This document shows, in pieces, positions 51,749 through 62,173 of a DNA stretch of 64,000 nt (positions within the stretch are counted from its first letter, which is position 1; each line of letters begins with the position of its first letter). This stretch comes from Actinomycetota bacterium (GTDB lineage Bacteria; Actinomycetota; Acidimicrobiia; Acidimicrobiales; Ilumatobacteraceae). Under the pieces are notes generated by a model, which saw only the letters and a program-made list of their open reading frames with translations, ran no database searches and was not told where the DNA came from. The stretch spans positions 14,897 to 78,896 of the forward strand of contig JBAXSU010000001.1 in the NCBI GenBank assembly GCA_037130535.1, in the 5' to 3' direction. The position numbers and the translations under genes are program-made.

Positions 51749-52886
51749 CGAGCGCCGGTACCAGCCGCCTGGCCAGGTACTGGTGGAAGTCGTGGATCGG
51801 TCCTTCGAAGGCGGCCGGGGCGAGTGGCCCCGGCCGATGGTGCCGCGACCGATGGGCACGGGTGATGCCATCGAGCACCTCACGGTCCTCGGCGTTCGTT
51901 TCCTGGAACAACACTGCGGCATGCTCGACGAGTTCGTCAGTCCAGTGGTCGCCGAAGAACTGCAGGCCCATCTTCAAACGCACCCGGTCGACGCTCTCGG
52001 GCTGGATGCAGATGAACGAGCTGTAGTCGCCTGCGCAGCCCGACACCAGACCGGGCGGGATGGCGAACATCACGCAGTTGTCGACCTCGGCCGGCGACAG
52101 GTCGGGGTGGCCACGCTCGCTGCGGGGCAGATCGGGCGAGAACCCGGCGTGATAGCCAAAATACGCATCGCCGGGCTCGTAGTGCCGGCACAGCCGGGTG
52201 GGGTTCACCGGGTGCAGCGTGGTTCGGTGCAGCGGGGTGAGGTGGTAGCCCTCCATGAAGTTCTCCACGAAGCACTTCCAGTTGGTGGGCCACACCTCGT
52301 CGGCCACGAAGCGGGTGGTCATCTGCTCGAGGTGGTAGTTGCCGACGAGCGTTTCGAGCCCGGCGAGCCGCGGCGCCAGAGGTGCCGGCTGGTCGGCCAA
52401 CGACACGAACAGGAACCCGAGCCACTCTTCGCAAGCCACTTCCGGCAGGCGACAGGCGGCAGCGTCGAACGTCGTGTGCTCGTCGAGGCGCGGAGCGCGG
52501 GCGAGCGCCCCATCGAGACCGTACGACCAGTGGTGGTAGGGGCACAGCAGATGCGACCCCTGGGTGCGCTCGGCGACGATGATCGCCCCGCGGTGGCGGC
52601 ACACGTTCGACAACACCCGTATCTGCCCGTCGTCGCCACGCACCGCGACGAGCGGTTCGTCGCAGAGTTGGAACGGCATCGTGTCGCCGACCCGGGCGAT
52701 CTCGTCGCCCCGGCCGATGCACACCCACTCCTGGCCGAACAGCTCGGACCACTCGAGAGCCGATACATCCGGATCGGTGTACACCTCGTGCGGCATCGTC
52801 CAGGCGTCGTTGTAGCCCTGCTGCTCGGCGGCAACGAGTGCTCTTCGAACGGTGGCCAGCGCACCCGCGGGCTGCGCCGTGCTCAC
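51741..52886 (-). CDS. Rieske non-haem-iron oxygenase alpha subunit (GbcA/CntA/Stc2-like N-demethylase type)
   Basis: 381 aa. Rieske motif CRHRGA...CPYHHWSY and iron motif NFMEGYHLTPLH. The GTG start overlaps the upstream stop (GTGA at 52883-52886). Confidence 0.8.
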   Translation of the reverse strand: MSTAQPAGALATVRRALVAAEQQGYNDAWTMPHEVYTDPDVSALEWSELFGQEWVCIGRGDEIARVGDTMPFQLCDEPLVAVRGDDGQIRVLSNVCRHRGAIIVAERTQGSHLLCPYHHWSYGLDGALARAPRLDEHTTFDAAACRLPEVACEEWLGFLFVSLADQPAPLAPRLAGLETLVGNYHLEQMTTRFVADEVWPTNWKCFVENFMEGYHLTPLHRTTLHPVNPTRLCRHYEPGDAYFGYHAGFSPDLPRSERGHPDLSPAEVDNCVMFAIPPGLVSGCAGDYSSFICIQPESVDRVRLKMGLQFFGDHWTDELVEHAAVLFQETNAEDREVLDGITRAHRSRHHRPGPLAPAAFEGPIHDFHQYLARRLVPALGA

Positions 52887-53686
52887 GGCGCCGTGCGGCC
52901 GTAGAACCCGAGGTTCTCGCTGTCGGTGAACACCACACCCGGCCGGTCGTAGAACGAGAACACGGCGATCATCCGCTCGAGCGAACCCTCGACGGTGGTG
53001 ACCCGGTGGGCCGTGTTCTTGCCGAAGAACACGTTCAGCGCGCCGGGTTGCACCGCGCAGCGGATGACGTCGGGGTCGGTGCCGGCCACCACGTGGGCGA
53101 CACCGTCGTAGTTGGGGTCGGTGTCGGTGCGCAGTTCACGCCGGTACTCGAAGATGCCGTCTTCCTCGGCGGCCTGCAACAGCAGTGTGGTGGTGAACAC
53201 CGACCGGTCGAAGTGCCAGTTCAGTGCCTCGCCGGGGCGATAGCTCAGCACGTTCACGCGCGCCAGGGTGTCGTCCATGAGGTGCAGCTCGTCCATCCCG
53301 ACGGTGGCGGCGATGAACTGGCGGAACGGCTCCCACTCGTACAGGTCGGTCAGTGCCGTGTCGAGCAACTGGTCGGCGCACAGGGTGTGGTTCACCGTGA
53401 GAATGCGCTGCAGCGCCGGATGGTCGGCAGGCAGTCCGTCGACGTGGTCGAGGAAGTAGATGTTGTGCATCCGTCGCTGTTCCCACGACTCCGCGGCCAT
53501 CCGGGGCAGCAGTCGTGCGGCGATGTCGGCCACGACATCGGGATGCAGGAAGCCCGGCAGTTCGAACATGCCGCGGTCGACCAACTCGGCGCGACACCGT
53601 TCGACGAGTGCGGTCCACTCGTCGGACCCCACCCGATCGAGCGGATAGGTGTCGAGGTCGAGGATCGAAGCAAGGGTGCTGAGCAT
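52883..53686 (-). CDS. Fe(II)/2-oxoglutarate-dependent oxygenase-like protein
   Basis: ATG at 53686 (the track start at 53788 is a TTG). HxD in ...GEALNWHFDRS... and distal His in ...KNTAHRVTTV.... The subfamily was not recognised. Confidence 0.6.
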   Translation of the reverse strand: MLSTLASILDLDTYPLDRVGSDEWTALVERCRAELVDRGMFELPGFLHPDVVADIAARLLPRMAAESWEQRRMHNIYFLDHVDGLPADHPALQRILTVNHTLCADQLLDTALTDLYEWEPFRQFIAATVGMDELHLMDDTLARVNVLSYRPGEALNWHFDRSVFTTTLLLQAAEEDGIFEYRRELRTDTDPNYDGVAHVVAGTDPDVIRCAVQPGALNVFFGKNTAHRVTTVEGSLERMIAVFSFYDRPGVVFTDSENLGFYGRTAP

Positions 53687-53805
53687 GTCCGGATGGTACT
53701 GTCTGCGCTGGGGCGTACCAGCAGTTTGATCGCAACTGGGGTTGCTCTGAGCCAACACATCGGGTGTGTGCAATACTGCGCCCACCAACGACCTCTGGGG
53801 GGATC

Positions 53806-55602
53806 ATGAACAGCAAGGACCATGCCCGTATCGACGGCATCCGCCGCACGCAGGGCGACGTCGCCAATCACGTGATCGACGAATTCATGGCCGGCCGCCT
53901 GTCGCGGCGTGGCTTCATCCGTCGTGGCACGGTCGTGGGGCTCTCGCTGCCCGCGATCGGCGCCGTCCTCGCCGCCTGCGGCGACGACAAGGAGTCATCG
54001 TCCACCACGGCCGCACCCGGCACCACGGGTGGCGCCACCGAGACCACGGCTGGCGGTGGCACCGACACCACCGCTGCTCCGGCCGAGACCACGGCACCCG
54101 CTACGACGGGCGGCACCCTCCGGGTCGCCGGCCTCGCGCCGTCGGCTGCGTCGGCCACGCTCGACCCGGTGCTCGTCAATGATGGCGGCGGCCTCATCCT
54201 GCTCAGCCAGGTGGGTCAATTCCTCACCCTGTCGAACCCCGACCTCACCCTCAGCCCGTCGCTTGCCGCGGAGTGGTCGGCCAATGCCGATGCCACCGAG
54301 TGGACGTTCAAGCTCGACCCCGCAGCGAAGTTCAGCGACGGTTCGCCCGTCACTGCTGCCGATGTGGTCGCCACCATCGAGCGCCTGGTCGACCCGGCCA
54401 ACAACTCGAACTCGCTCTCGGCATTCGCCACGGGCAAGTTGTCGCCCGGAGGCACCAAGGCGGCCGACGACACCACCGTGGTGTTCACCCTCAGCGGGCC
54501 GTTCGCCAACTTCCCGTACATCGTGTCGAGCGACAACTACAACTCGGTCATCCTGCCCGCTTCGGTCACCGACACCTCCAACTTCGCCGCCGATGTGGCG
54601 GCCGGCAAGATTGCCGCCTCCGGCCCCTGGACCATCAAGTCGTTCGATGCCACCACCGGCATCGTGTACGTGCCGAACCCCAACTACTGGGGCAAGCCGG
54701 TCAGCCTCGGCGGTGTCGAGTTCACGTTCTTCAGCGATCAGGCGGCGGCCATCGCTGCCATCCAGTCGGGCGAGATCGACGCCATCCCGCAGATCAGCTA
54801 CGCGGGTGCCGAGTCGCTGTTCGACAACCCCGACTACACGATCTCGGAGATCCCGTCGGCCAACCACCGCCAGATCCACATGCGCTGCTCGGAAGGCCCC
54901 TTCGCCGACAAGCGCATCCGGCAGGCCATGGCGCTCGCCACCGACCGCAACGCCATCATCCAGGCGCTGTTCGGCGGGCGGGCTGCGGCGGCCTACGACT
55001 CGCCGATGTTCGCAATGTACCCCTCGGCCGGCACCGTGCCCGAGACGCCGTTCGACGTCGAGAAGGCAAAGCAGTTGGTGGCCGATGCGGGCGGCGGTTT
55101 CGATGCCACTCTCTACGGCATCACCTACTACGAGGCACCCGACCTGGCGGTCATCCTGCAGAACGCTGCCAAGGAGATCGGCATCAACCTCACGATCGAA
55201 CTGCGCGACGACTACTACGACAAGAACTGGGTGCGCACCTACGACCCCAGCGTCCCGGGCTCCGACATCGGTATCACCGACTACGGCCACCGCGGTGTGC
55301 CCGACGTGTACCTGAACGCTGCTCTGAAGAGCTTCACGAGCGTGGAAGACGGTGCGGGCGTGTGGAACGCGGCCGAGTTCGCCAATGCCGACTTCGACGC
55401 CGCGGTCGACACCTACTCGTCGACCCCCGACCTGCAGGGCCAGAAGGCCGCCGGCGAAAAGATCACCGGCATCCTGCAGGACGAGGTGCCGATGCTCATC
55501 CCGTTTGCACTCAACTTCATCTCGGTCACCACGGCCAACGTGTCGGGTGCTGTCGCCACGGGTATGGGGCACTACTTCACCGACAACGCCGTCATCTCCT
55601 GA
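53806..55602 (+). CDS. ABC transporter substrate-binding lipoprotein, family 5 (peptide/nickel/opine type)
   Basis: The ATG at 53806 gives a twin-Arg signal plus lipobox (SRRGFIRRGTVVGLSLPAIGAVLAAC) and a Thr/Ala-rich linker. The mature domain is about 540 aa. Confidence 0.88.
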   Translation: MNSKDHARIDGIRRTQGDVANHVIDEFMAGRLSRRGFIRRGTVVGLSLPAIGAVLAACGDDKESSSTTAAPGTTGGATETTAGGGTDTTAAPAETTAPATTGGTLRVAGLAPSAASATLDPVLVNDGGGLILLSQVGQFLTLSNPDLTLSPSLAAEWSANADATEWTFKLDPAAKFSDGSPVTAADVVATIERLVDPANNSNSLSAFATGKLSPGGTKAADDTTVVFTLSGPFANFPYIVSSDNYNSVILPASVTDTSNFAADVAAGKIAASGPWTIKSFDATTGIVYVPNPNYWGKPVSLGGVEFTFFSDQAAAIAAIQSGEIDAIPQISYAGAESLFDNPDYTISEIPSANHRQIHMRCSEGPFADKRIRQAMALATDRNAIIQALFGGRAAAAYDSPMFAMYPSAGTVPETPFDVEKAKQLVADAGGGFDATLYGITYYEAPDLAVILQNAAKEIGINLTIELRDDYYDKNWVRTYDPSVPGSDIGITDYGHRGVPDVYLNAALKSFTSVEDGAGVWNAAEFANADFDAAVDTYSSTPDLQGQKAAGEKITGILQDEVPMLIPFALNFISVTTANVSGAVATGMGHYFTDNAVIS

Positions 55603-55640
55603 CGGCGTCGGTCGCCACCATCAGAACCTGACCTCCAGCG

Positions 55641-56588
55641 ATGGCCCGCTTCGTCCTCCGTCGGCTCGGCCTGGCACTCATCACGCTGTTCCTCCTCAGC
55701 GTGGTGGTGTTCACCATTGCCGCAGTGCTGCCCGGCAGTGTCGGGCGGGCCATCCTCGGTCCCTTCGCCGACCAGCAGTCCGTCGACAACCTCAACCGCG
55801 AGTTGGGGGTCGACGGACCGCTGGTCGGCCGCTACATCCGGTGGTTCACGAATGCGCTGCAGGGCGACTTCGGGAACTCCTACAAGTTCAAGGCACCCGT
55901 GATGGACTTCGTGCCGAAGGCTCTGTGGTCGTCGCTGAAGTTGGCGGCAATGACGTTCCTCATCGTCGTGCCGTTGGGCATCATCGGTGGCACGGTTGCT
56001 GCGCTGCGCAAGGGCAAGGCGGTCGATCGGGTCATCACGGTTGCCGGCCTCAGCCTGGCCGTCACCCCCGAGTTCGTCGTCGGCATCGTGCTCATCATCG
56101 TGTTCGCGGTGAAGCTCGGCTGGTTGCCGTCGGGCGGTTCCGCGAAGGGTTCGCTCTGGGAGCAGGTGCAGGTGCTCATCCTTCCGGCGCTCACGCTCAC
56201 CGCCATCTTGTTCGGCTATCTGTCGCGCATGGCCCGGGCCGGCACCATCGAGGCGCTCTCGGCCGACTACACCCGCACCGCCATCTTGAAGGGCCTGCCC
56301 CGGCGCACCGTGTTGCGCAGGCACGTGCTGCGCAACTCGCTCGTGCCCACCATCGCGGTCATCGCTGTGCAGGTCAGTTACCTGCTCGGTGGTCTGCTGG
56401 TCACCGAGACCCTCTTCAACTACCGCGGTCTCGGCCTGCTCGTCTTCGACGCCGCCGGCGACCGCGACATCCCGATGCTGATGGGTTCGGTCTTCATCGT
56501 CGGCGCCATCGCGATGTTCCTGAACTTCATCGCCGACGTGCTCATCGCCTGGCTCAACCCCCGCGTGCGATTGGGGAACAAGCAATGA
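55641..56588 (+). CDS. ABC transporter permease (DppB/OppB type)
   Basis: 315 aa. Starts MARFVLRRLGLALITLF... and has 6 TM. Confidence 0.9.
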   Translation: MARFVLRRLGLALITLFLLSVVVFTIAAVLPGSVGRAILGPFADQQSVDNLNRELGVDGPLVGRYIRWFTNALQGDFGNSYKFKAPVMDFVPKALWSSLKLAAMTFLIVVPLGIIGGTVAALRKGKAVDRVITVAGLSLAVTPEFVVGIVLIIVFAVKLGWLPSGGSAKGSLWEQVQVLILPALTLTAILFGYLSRMARAGTIEALSADYTRTAILKGLPRRTVLRRHVLRNSLVPTIAVIAVQVSYLLGGLLVTETLFNYRGLGLLVFDAAGDRDIPMLMGSVFIVGAIAMFLNFIADVLIAWLNPRVRLGNKQ

Positions 56589-57478
56589 CCATGCCCGCCG
56601 AACTCGAGCCGACAGCCGCTGCCCCGACCGGCTACACCACCAAGGCGGTACGCCAGGAGTTGCGCCGGCAGCTGTTCCGGTCGAAGACCTTCATCGTCGG
56701 TTCGCTCATCGTGCTGTTCTGGGTGGTCTGCTCCATCATTCCCTCGGTCATCGCCACCCACGACCCGTCGAAGCAGGATCCGCTCAGCAAGTGGATCCAC
56801 CCGTTCTTCAAGGAAGGTCACTGGCTCGGAACCGACCGCTTCGGTCGCGACGTGTACAGCCGGGCCATCTACGGCGCTCGCGAGATCATGATCGTCGCAC
56901 CCGCCGCTGTCATCCTCGGCACGATCATCGGTGTCGTGCTCGGTCTGCTGATGGGCTACTTCCGGGGCCCGCTCGACGATGCCATCAGCCGACTGATCGA
57001 GGCCCTGATGAGCCTGCCGCTCATCCTTGTCGCCCTGCTGGCGCTCACTGCGTTGAGCAGTGGCCGCGGCACGATCATCCTGCTCATCGGCATCCTGTTC
57101 GGCCCCATCATCGCCCGCACCGTGCGAGCCGCGGTGCTGGCAGAGCGCAATCTCGACTACGTGCGCGCCGCGGAACTTCGCGGCGAACGCAGCAGCTACA
57201 TCATGTTCGTCGAGATCCTGCCGAACGTGATGGGCCCCATCATCGTCGAGTTCACCGTGCGCCTCGGCTACGCCGTGTTCACCATGGCGGGTCTTGCCTT
57301 CATCGGCTTCGGTACCCAGCCCGGCTCGCCCGACTGGGGTCGTACCATCTTCGAAGAACGCGCCGGCCTGCTGAGCAGCGCCTGGTGGCCATGCCTGGTG
57401 CCAGCGCTGGCACTGGCCTCGCTGGTGGTGGCCATCAACCTCATCGCCGACGGTCTCCAGGGGCTGATCGACCGATGA
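56585..57478 (+). CDS. ABC transporter permease (DppC/OppC type)
   Basis: ATGA overlap with the previous gene. Contains ...HWLGTDRFGRDVYSR.... Confidence 0.9.
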   Translation: MTMPAELEPTAAAPTGYTTKAVRQELRRQLFRSKTFIVGSLIVLFWVVCSIIPSVIATHDPSKQDPLSKWIHPFFKEGHWLGTDRFGRDVYSRAIYGAREIMIVAPAAVILGTIIGVVLGLLMGYFRGPLDDAISRLIEALMSLPLILVALLALTALSSGRGTIILLIGILFGPIIARTVRAAVLAERNLDYVRAAELRGERSSYIMFVEILPNVMGPIIVEFTVRLGYAVFTMAGLAFIGFGTQPGSPDWGRTIFEERAGLLSSAWWPCLVPALALASLVVAINLIADGLQGLIDR

Positions 57479-59517
57479 CCGAGGCAGCGCTCGAGTTCAA
57501 CGATCTGCGCCTGGGCTACCTGGTGCGCGGCAACCTGCGCGAGGTGCTGCGCGGGGTGTCGTTCTCCGTCGCGCCCGGCGAATCGTACGGACTCGTCGGC
57601 GAGAGCGGTTGTGGCAAGAGCACCGCCGCGTACGCGGCGGTTCGGTATCTGCCCGACAACGCACGCATCATCGGCGGCTCGGTGTCGCTCGCCGGACGCG
57701 ACATCATGGCGATGTCCGACGAGGAGTTGCGCCTCGTGCGAGCCAACAACGCCTCGATCGTCTACCAAGACCCCGGCCAGGCGCTGAACCCCACCATCAA
57801 GGTCGGCCCGCAGTTGATGGAAGCGTTCGAGGTGATCGGCATCGACCGTGCCGAGGCACGCCAACGCGCCCGCCAGATGCTCGACAAGGTGCAGATCGCC
57901 GACCCCGACTCGGTGCTCGGCCGCTACCCGCACCAACTGTCCGGCGGTATGCAGCAGCGCGTGGTCATCGCCATGGCGCTGGCTTCGAACCCGCAGCTGC
58001 TCATCCTCGACGAACCCACCACCGGCCTCGATGCCACCGTCGAGGCAGAGGTGCTCGACCTGGTGCGTGCCCTGAAGCGCGAGTTCGGCACGTCGGTGCT
58101 GTTCATCTCGCACAACCTCGGCGCCATCCGCTCGATGTGCGACCGCGTGGGCGTGCTGTACGCCGGCAAGCTCGTCGAAGAGGGTTCGGCCCAAGAGGTG
58201 TTCGACAACCCGCAGCACCCGTACACGGTGGGTCTGCTGCGCTGCCTGCCCCGTCAGGGTTCGCGCCAGACCGCGCAGCGACTCGAGACCATTCCCGGGT
58301 TCCTGCCTGCGCTCGGCGCCGACCTTCCTACCTGCGTGTTCGTCGACCGCTGTCCGCTGGCCAGCGACCGCTGCCGGGCCGAGGTACCGCCCGCAGTGAT
58401 GGTCGACGGGCGGATGGTGCGCTGCCACCACACCGATCGTGTGGCCGAACTGGCCGCGTCGGAGTTCCCCGAGGGAACGGCGACGGTGGTCGACCGTACC
58501 GTCGCTCCCCTCCTGCGCCTCGAGGGCGTCAGCAAGACCTTCGACCAGGGTGGTAAGCAGATCCAAGCGGTCCGTGATGTGTCACTCGAGCTCTACGCCG
58601 GCGAGACCCTGGGCCTGGTGGGCGAATCGGGCAGTGGCAAGACAACACTCGCCCACACCATTCTCGGCGTCACCGCGCCCGACAAGGGAGCCGTCGTCAC
58701 CCTCGATGGCAACCAACTCGCGGCGCACACCAAGAAGCGCCCGATCGACCACATCCGCGCCATCCAGATCGTCTTCCAGAACCCCGACTCGGCGCTGAAC
58801 CGACGCCATTCGGTGCGACGCATCATCAGCCGCAGCCTGCGTCGGCTGGGCCAGGTACCCGACAGCCAGATCGACACCGAACTGCACGGCATCACCAGCG
58901 CTGTGCGGCTCACCGACCGGCATCTCGACATGCGGCCATCGCAGCTGTCGGGTGGCCTGAAACAGCGTGTGGCCATCGCCCGCGCGTTCGCCGGCAAGCC
59001 GCGCATCGTGGTGTGCGACGAGCCCACCTCGTCGCTCGACGTGTCGGTGCAGGCAGCGATCCTGAATCTGCTCGGCGACCTGCAGCGCGACAGCCGCACG
59101 AGCTACCTGTTCATCTCACACGACCTCCGCGTGGTCCGCTACCTGTCCGACCGCATCGCCGTGCTGTACCTCGGCCGAATCATGGAGCTCGGCCCGGCCG
59201 AGCGGGTGTTCGACGGGCCGCACCACCCCTACACCGAGGCGCTGCTGTCGGCAGCACCGTCGGTCGACGGCAACACCCGCGAGCGCATCCGCCTCGAGGG
59301 CGAGATCCCCAGCGCCGTGAACGTGCCGAGCGGTTGCGTGTTCCACACCCGGTGCCCACGGCGCCTCGAGGGCGATCTGTGCTCGACGGTCGAGCCGCCG
59401 CTCCTGGCCACACCCGACGGTGGTGTCATCCGCTGCCACATCCCGTTTGAGCAACTCGTCACTCTGCAGGCCAAGCCGAGCGCCCCGCAGGGTGCATCCG
59501 CCCACGATCATTCCTGA
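57475..59517 (+). CDS. Fused double ABC ATPase (DppD-DppF type)
   Basis: 680 aa with two Walker A sites (GESGCGKS, GESGSGKT), two LSGG signatures and C-terminal oligopeptide-type Cys motifs. ATGA overlap with the permease gene. Confidence 0.92.
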   Translation: MTEAALEFNDLRLGYLVRGNLREVLRGVSFSVAPGESYGLVGESGCGKSTAAYAAVRYLPDNARIIGGSVSLAGRDIMAMSDEELRLVRANNASIVYQDPGQALNPTIKVGPQLMEAFEVIGIDRAEARQRARQMLDKVQIADPDSVLGRYPHQLSGGMQQRVVIAMALASNPQLLILDEPTTGLDATVEAEVLDLVRALKREFGTSVLFISHNLGAIRSMCDRVGVLYAGKLVEEGSAQEVFDNPQHPYTVGLLRCLPRQGSRQTAQRLETIPGFLPALGADLPTCVFVDRCPLASDRCRAEVPPAVMVDGRMVRCHHTDRVAELAASEFPEGTATVVDRTVAPLLRLEGVSKTFDQGGKQIQAVRDVSLELYAGETLGLVGESGSGKTTLAHTILGVTAPDKGAVVTLDGNQLAAHTKKRPIDHIRAIQIVFQNPDSALNRRHSVRRIISRSLRRLGQVPDSQIDTELHGITSAVRLTDRHLDMRPSQLSGGLKQRVAIARAFAGKPRIVVCDEPTSSLDVSVQAAILNLLGDLQRDSRTSYLFISHDLRVVRYLSDRIAVLYLGRIMELGPAERVFDGPHHPYTEALLSAAPSVDGNTRERIRLEGEIPSAVNVPSGCVFHTRCPRRLEGDLCSTVEPPLLATPDGGVIRCHIPFEQLVTLQAKPSAPQGASAHDHS

Positions 59518-59556
59518 AACGTTCGTACAAGGAATCCATCCAAAGGTGTACTGTCG

Positions 59557-61761
59557 ATGACCGTGACCTCCCAGTCGATCTCTGCGGCCCGGATCGTGGT
59601 CGACGACCGGCCCCTCCCCTACGAGCCGGGCGACACCTTGGCCGATGCGATCATCCGCGCGGGCCAGCACCCCCAGCACGGTGGCACCCTGTGTCTGGCC
59701 GGCGACTGCGGTAACTGTTCGGCCGTCGTGGCCGGGGTGGGCTTCACCCGCACCTGCCAGACCGCCGCCGCGCCCGGCGTCGATGTGCGCCGCCATCCGC
59801 TGGTGGGCGGTCCGCCGCTGCGCAACGCGGTGCTGGCCGACCCCACCCGCATCGCTCCGCCGGTGGAGGTGGCCGTCCGCCGCGCCCATGTCGACGTGGC
59901 GGTCATCGGTGCCAGTGAGGCCGGACAGGCCGAGCAGTCGGCCGCTGCTGCTGCCGGACACTCGACGCTGCTGCTCGATGGCGCTACCGGCGATGATGTG
60001 GTGGGCGTGTACCAGGGGCCCACCGTCATCGTGCGGCGCCCCGACCACATGCTGCACGTGCACGCTCACGAGGTGGTCATTGCCACCGGGGCCGCCGAAC
60101 TGCACCCGGTGTGCGAGGGCAACATGCTGCGCGGCATCGTCACCCTCGATGCCGCGGCGCACCTCGCCGCGCGCGGCATCGAGTTGCACGACAGCGTCAC
60201 GGTCGACCTCGACGATCTCGACCACTTCGAAGGCGACGACGGCTGGGTCACCACCGTCGTCACACGCGACGGCACCCGGCACGCGTGCCGCAGTGTTGTC
60301 GTCACCAGTACCCGACGCGCACCTCGCGACCTCCTGGCCCGCATGACCGACGAACCTGCTGTACGAGTGGTGGGTGCCGCTGCCGAACGCTTCGACCTGC
60401 CGCCGGCACCCACGGCAGGCACGGTGTGCCCCTGCTCGAAGGTGACGGTCGAGGATCTCGACGGGGTGTGGCAGAAGGGCTTCCAGCACCTCGAACTGGT
60501 GAAGCGCGCCAGCCTCTGCGGCACCGGCACCTGCCAGGGCGGGGTGTGCATGCCGCACCTGCGCGCGTTCGTCGCCGAGCGTTCGGGCAGCGAGCCCGCA
60601 CCGTTCACCGGCCGTCCGGCGTCGCGCCAGCTCACCATCGCCGAGGCCGCTGCCGACGTGCACCTCGACGCCTTCCGGCGCACGGCCCTGCACGACGAGC
60701 ATCTCGCGCTCGGCGCCCACATGGATCGCTTCGGCGGTTGGTGGCGCCCATGGAACTACGGCGACCACGTTCGCGAGTACTGGGCCGTACGCGAAGCGGT
60801 GTCGCTGGGCGATGTGTCGACGCTGGGCAAGATGATCGTCTCGGGCCCCGATGTGGTCGAGGCGCTCGAGCGCCTGTACCCGTGCAACGTCGCCGACATC
60901 CGCCCCGGCCGCAGCCGCTACGCCCTGTTGCTGAACGAGCGCGGCCACGTCATCGACGACGGCATGATCCTGCGCGAGAGCGACACCCGTTTCGCCCTCA
61001 GCTTCACCTCGGGTGGTGCCTCGTTCGCCGAGATGTGGGTGCGCGACTGGATCGAGACCTGGGGCCTCGACGTGCACGTGCTCGACCGCACGTTCTCGCT
61101 CGCCGCCATCAACGTCACCGGGCCGTTCGCCGGCGAGCTGCTGCGCCGGGCAGGTCTGGCCGAGCCGCCGAAGATGCTGCAGCACGTGCACGCCGATGTG
61201 GCCGGTGTGCCCTGCCACGTGATGCGCCTGTCGTTCACCGGTGAGGCGAGCTTCGAACTGCACCACCTCACCGCCCACTCGGTCGAGTTGTGGCGCGAAC
61301 TGATGCGCCTCGGCGCCGACCTCGGCATCCACCCGCACGGTCTGCAGGCCCTGTTCGGGCTGCGTCTCGAAAAGGGCCACTTCCTGGTGGGCCTCGACTC
61401 GGAGATGGACTCCACTCCGGCACGCCTCGGCCTCGACTGGGCGGTGAAGATGGACAAGCCGTTCTTCATCGGTCGTCCGGCGCTGGCCCGAACCGCACGC
61501 CTCGAGAATTCGCGCCAGTTGTTCGGCATGCGAATGGACGGCCCGGCGCCCATCGAAGGTGCACCCATCTTCGACCGCGAGGGCGGCGACGTGATCGGCC
61601 ACGTGGCCACCAGCTTCAGCTCTCCCCTGCTCGGCCATGCTGTGCTGCTCGGCTGGCAGAAGCGCCTGCCGTTCCTCGACACCGTGTTCATCGACGGTCG
61701 CACCGCCACCGTTGCTCCCACCCCGTTCTACGACCCGGAGGGTGCCCGTGCCCGCCTCTGA
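59557..61761 (+). CDS. soxA: Sarcosine-oxidase alpha-like subunit, short form with Fe-S-type Cys motifs and a C-terminal GcvT domain
   Basis: 734 aa. N-terminal CLAGDCGNC...C, internal CPC...CGTGTCQGGVC, and a C-terminal aminomethyltransferase-like half (...GKMIVSGPD...). Confidence 0.7.
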   Translation: MTVTSQSISAARIVVDDRPLPYEPGDTLADAIIRAGQHPQHGGTLCLAGDCGNCSAVVAGVGFTRTCQTAAAPGVDVRRHPLVGGPPLRNAVLADPTRIAPPVEVAVRRAHVDVAVIGASEAGQAEQSAAAAAGHSTLLLDGATGDDVVGVYQGPTVIVRRPDHMLHVHAHEVVIATGAAELHPVCEGNMLRGIVTLDAAAHLAARGIELHDSVTVDLDDLDHFEGDDGWVTTVVTRDGTRHACRSVVVTSTRRAPRDLLARMTDEPAVRVVGAAAERFDLPPAPTAGTVCPCSKVTVEDLDGVWQKGFQHLELVKRASLCGTGTCQGGVCMPHLRAFVAERSGSEPAPFTGRPASRQLTIAEAAADVHLDAFRRTALHDEHLALGAHMDRFGGWWRPWNYGDHVREYWAVREAVSLGDVSTLGKMIVSGPDVVEALERLYPCNVADIRPGRSRYALLLNERGHVIDDGMILRESDTRFALSFTSGGASFAEMWVRDWIETWGLDVHVLDRTFSLAAINVTGPFAGELLRRAGLAEPPKMLQHVHADVAGVPCHVMRLSFTGEASFELHHLTAHSVELWRELMRLGADLGIHPHGLQALFGLRLEKGHFLVGLDSEMDSTPARLGLDWAVKMDKPFFIGRPALARTARLENSRQLFGMRMDGPAPIEGAPIFDREGGDVIGHVATSFSSPLLGHAVLLGWQKRLPFLDTVFIDGRTATVAPTPFYDPEGARARL

Positions 61762-62173
61762 CGCACTCGAGCCGATGCGCTTCGCCACCCTGTTCGGTGT
61801 GCGCATCACGGCCAAGCCCGCCGCCATCGACGCGGTCGGCTGGCCCGCACACAGCATCATGGTGCGCGTCGCTCCCGACGACGCGCTGGTCATCGACGCC
61901 ACCGTCGACGACGCGGCACCGGTGGCCGCGCTCGACCCGTACGCGATCATCGAACCCGAGGCCATGTTCCGCGGCGCCTGGCTCGACGACGCTCAACTGA
62001 AAGCACTCACCCACAAACTCGAGTGGCCACTTCCTGCCGAACGGCCCGCGCTGGCCCAGGGCATGGTGTGTGGCCTCGCAATCAAGTTGGTGCTCGAGAC
62101 CGACCGAACCCTGCTCATCGTGTCGGGTTCGGCGTTCCATGAGGTAGCCGACCGTCTGGGAGCCGTGGCATGA
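61742..62173 (+). CDS. soxG: Sarcosine-oxidase gamma-like subunit
   Basis: About 135-143 aa. The start is ambiguous (GTG 61742, GTG 61748 or ATG 61775). The call rests on position and size, and the sequence match is weak. The stop overlaps the soxB ATG. Confidence 0.5.
   Translation: MPVPASDALEPMRFATLFGVRITAKPAAIDAVGWPAHSIMVRVAPDDALVIDATVDDAAPVAALDPYAIIEPEAMFRGAWLDDAQLKALTHKLEWPLPAERPALAQGMVCGLAIKLVLETDRTLLIVSGSAFHEVADRLGAVA

Noticed and set aside
59116-61965. 949-aa minus-strand ORF
   Set aside because: It runs antisense to the soxA-like gene and the ABC ATPase 3' end, with shadow composition.
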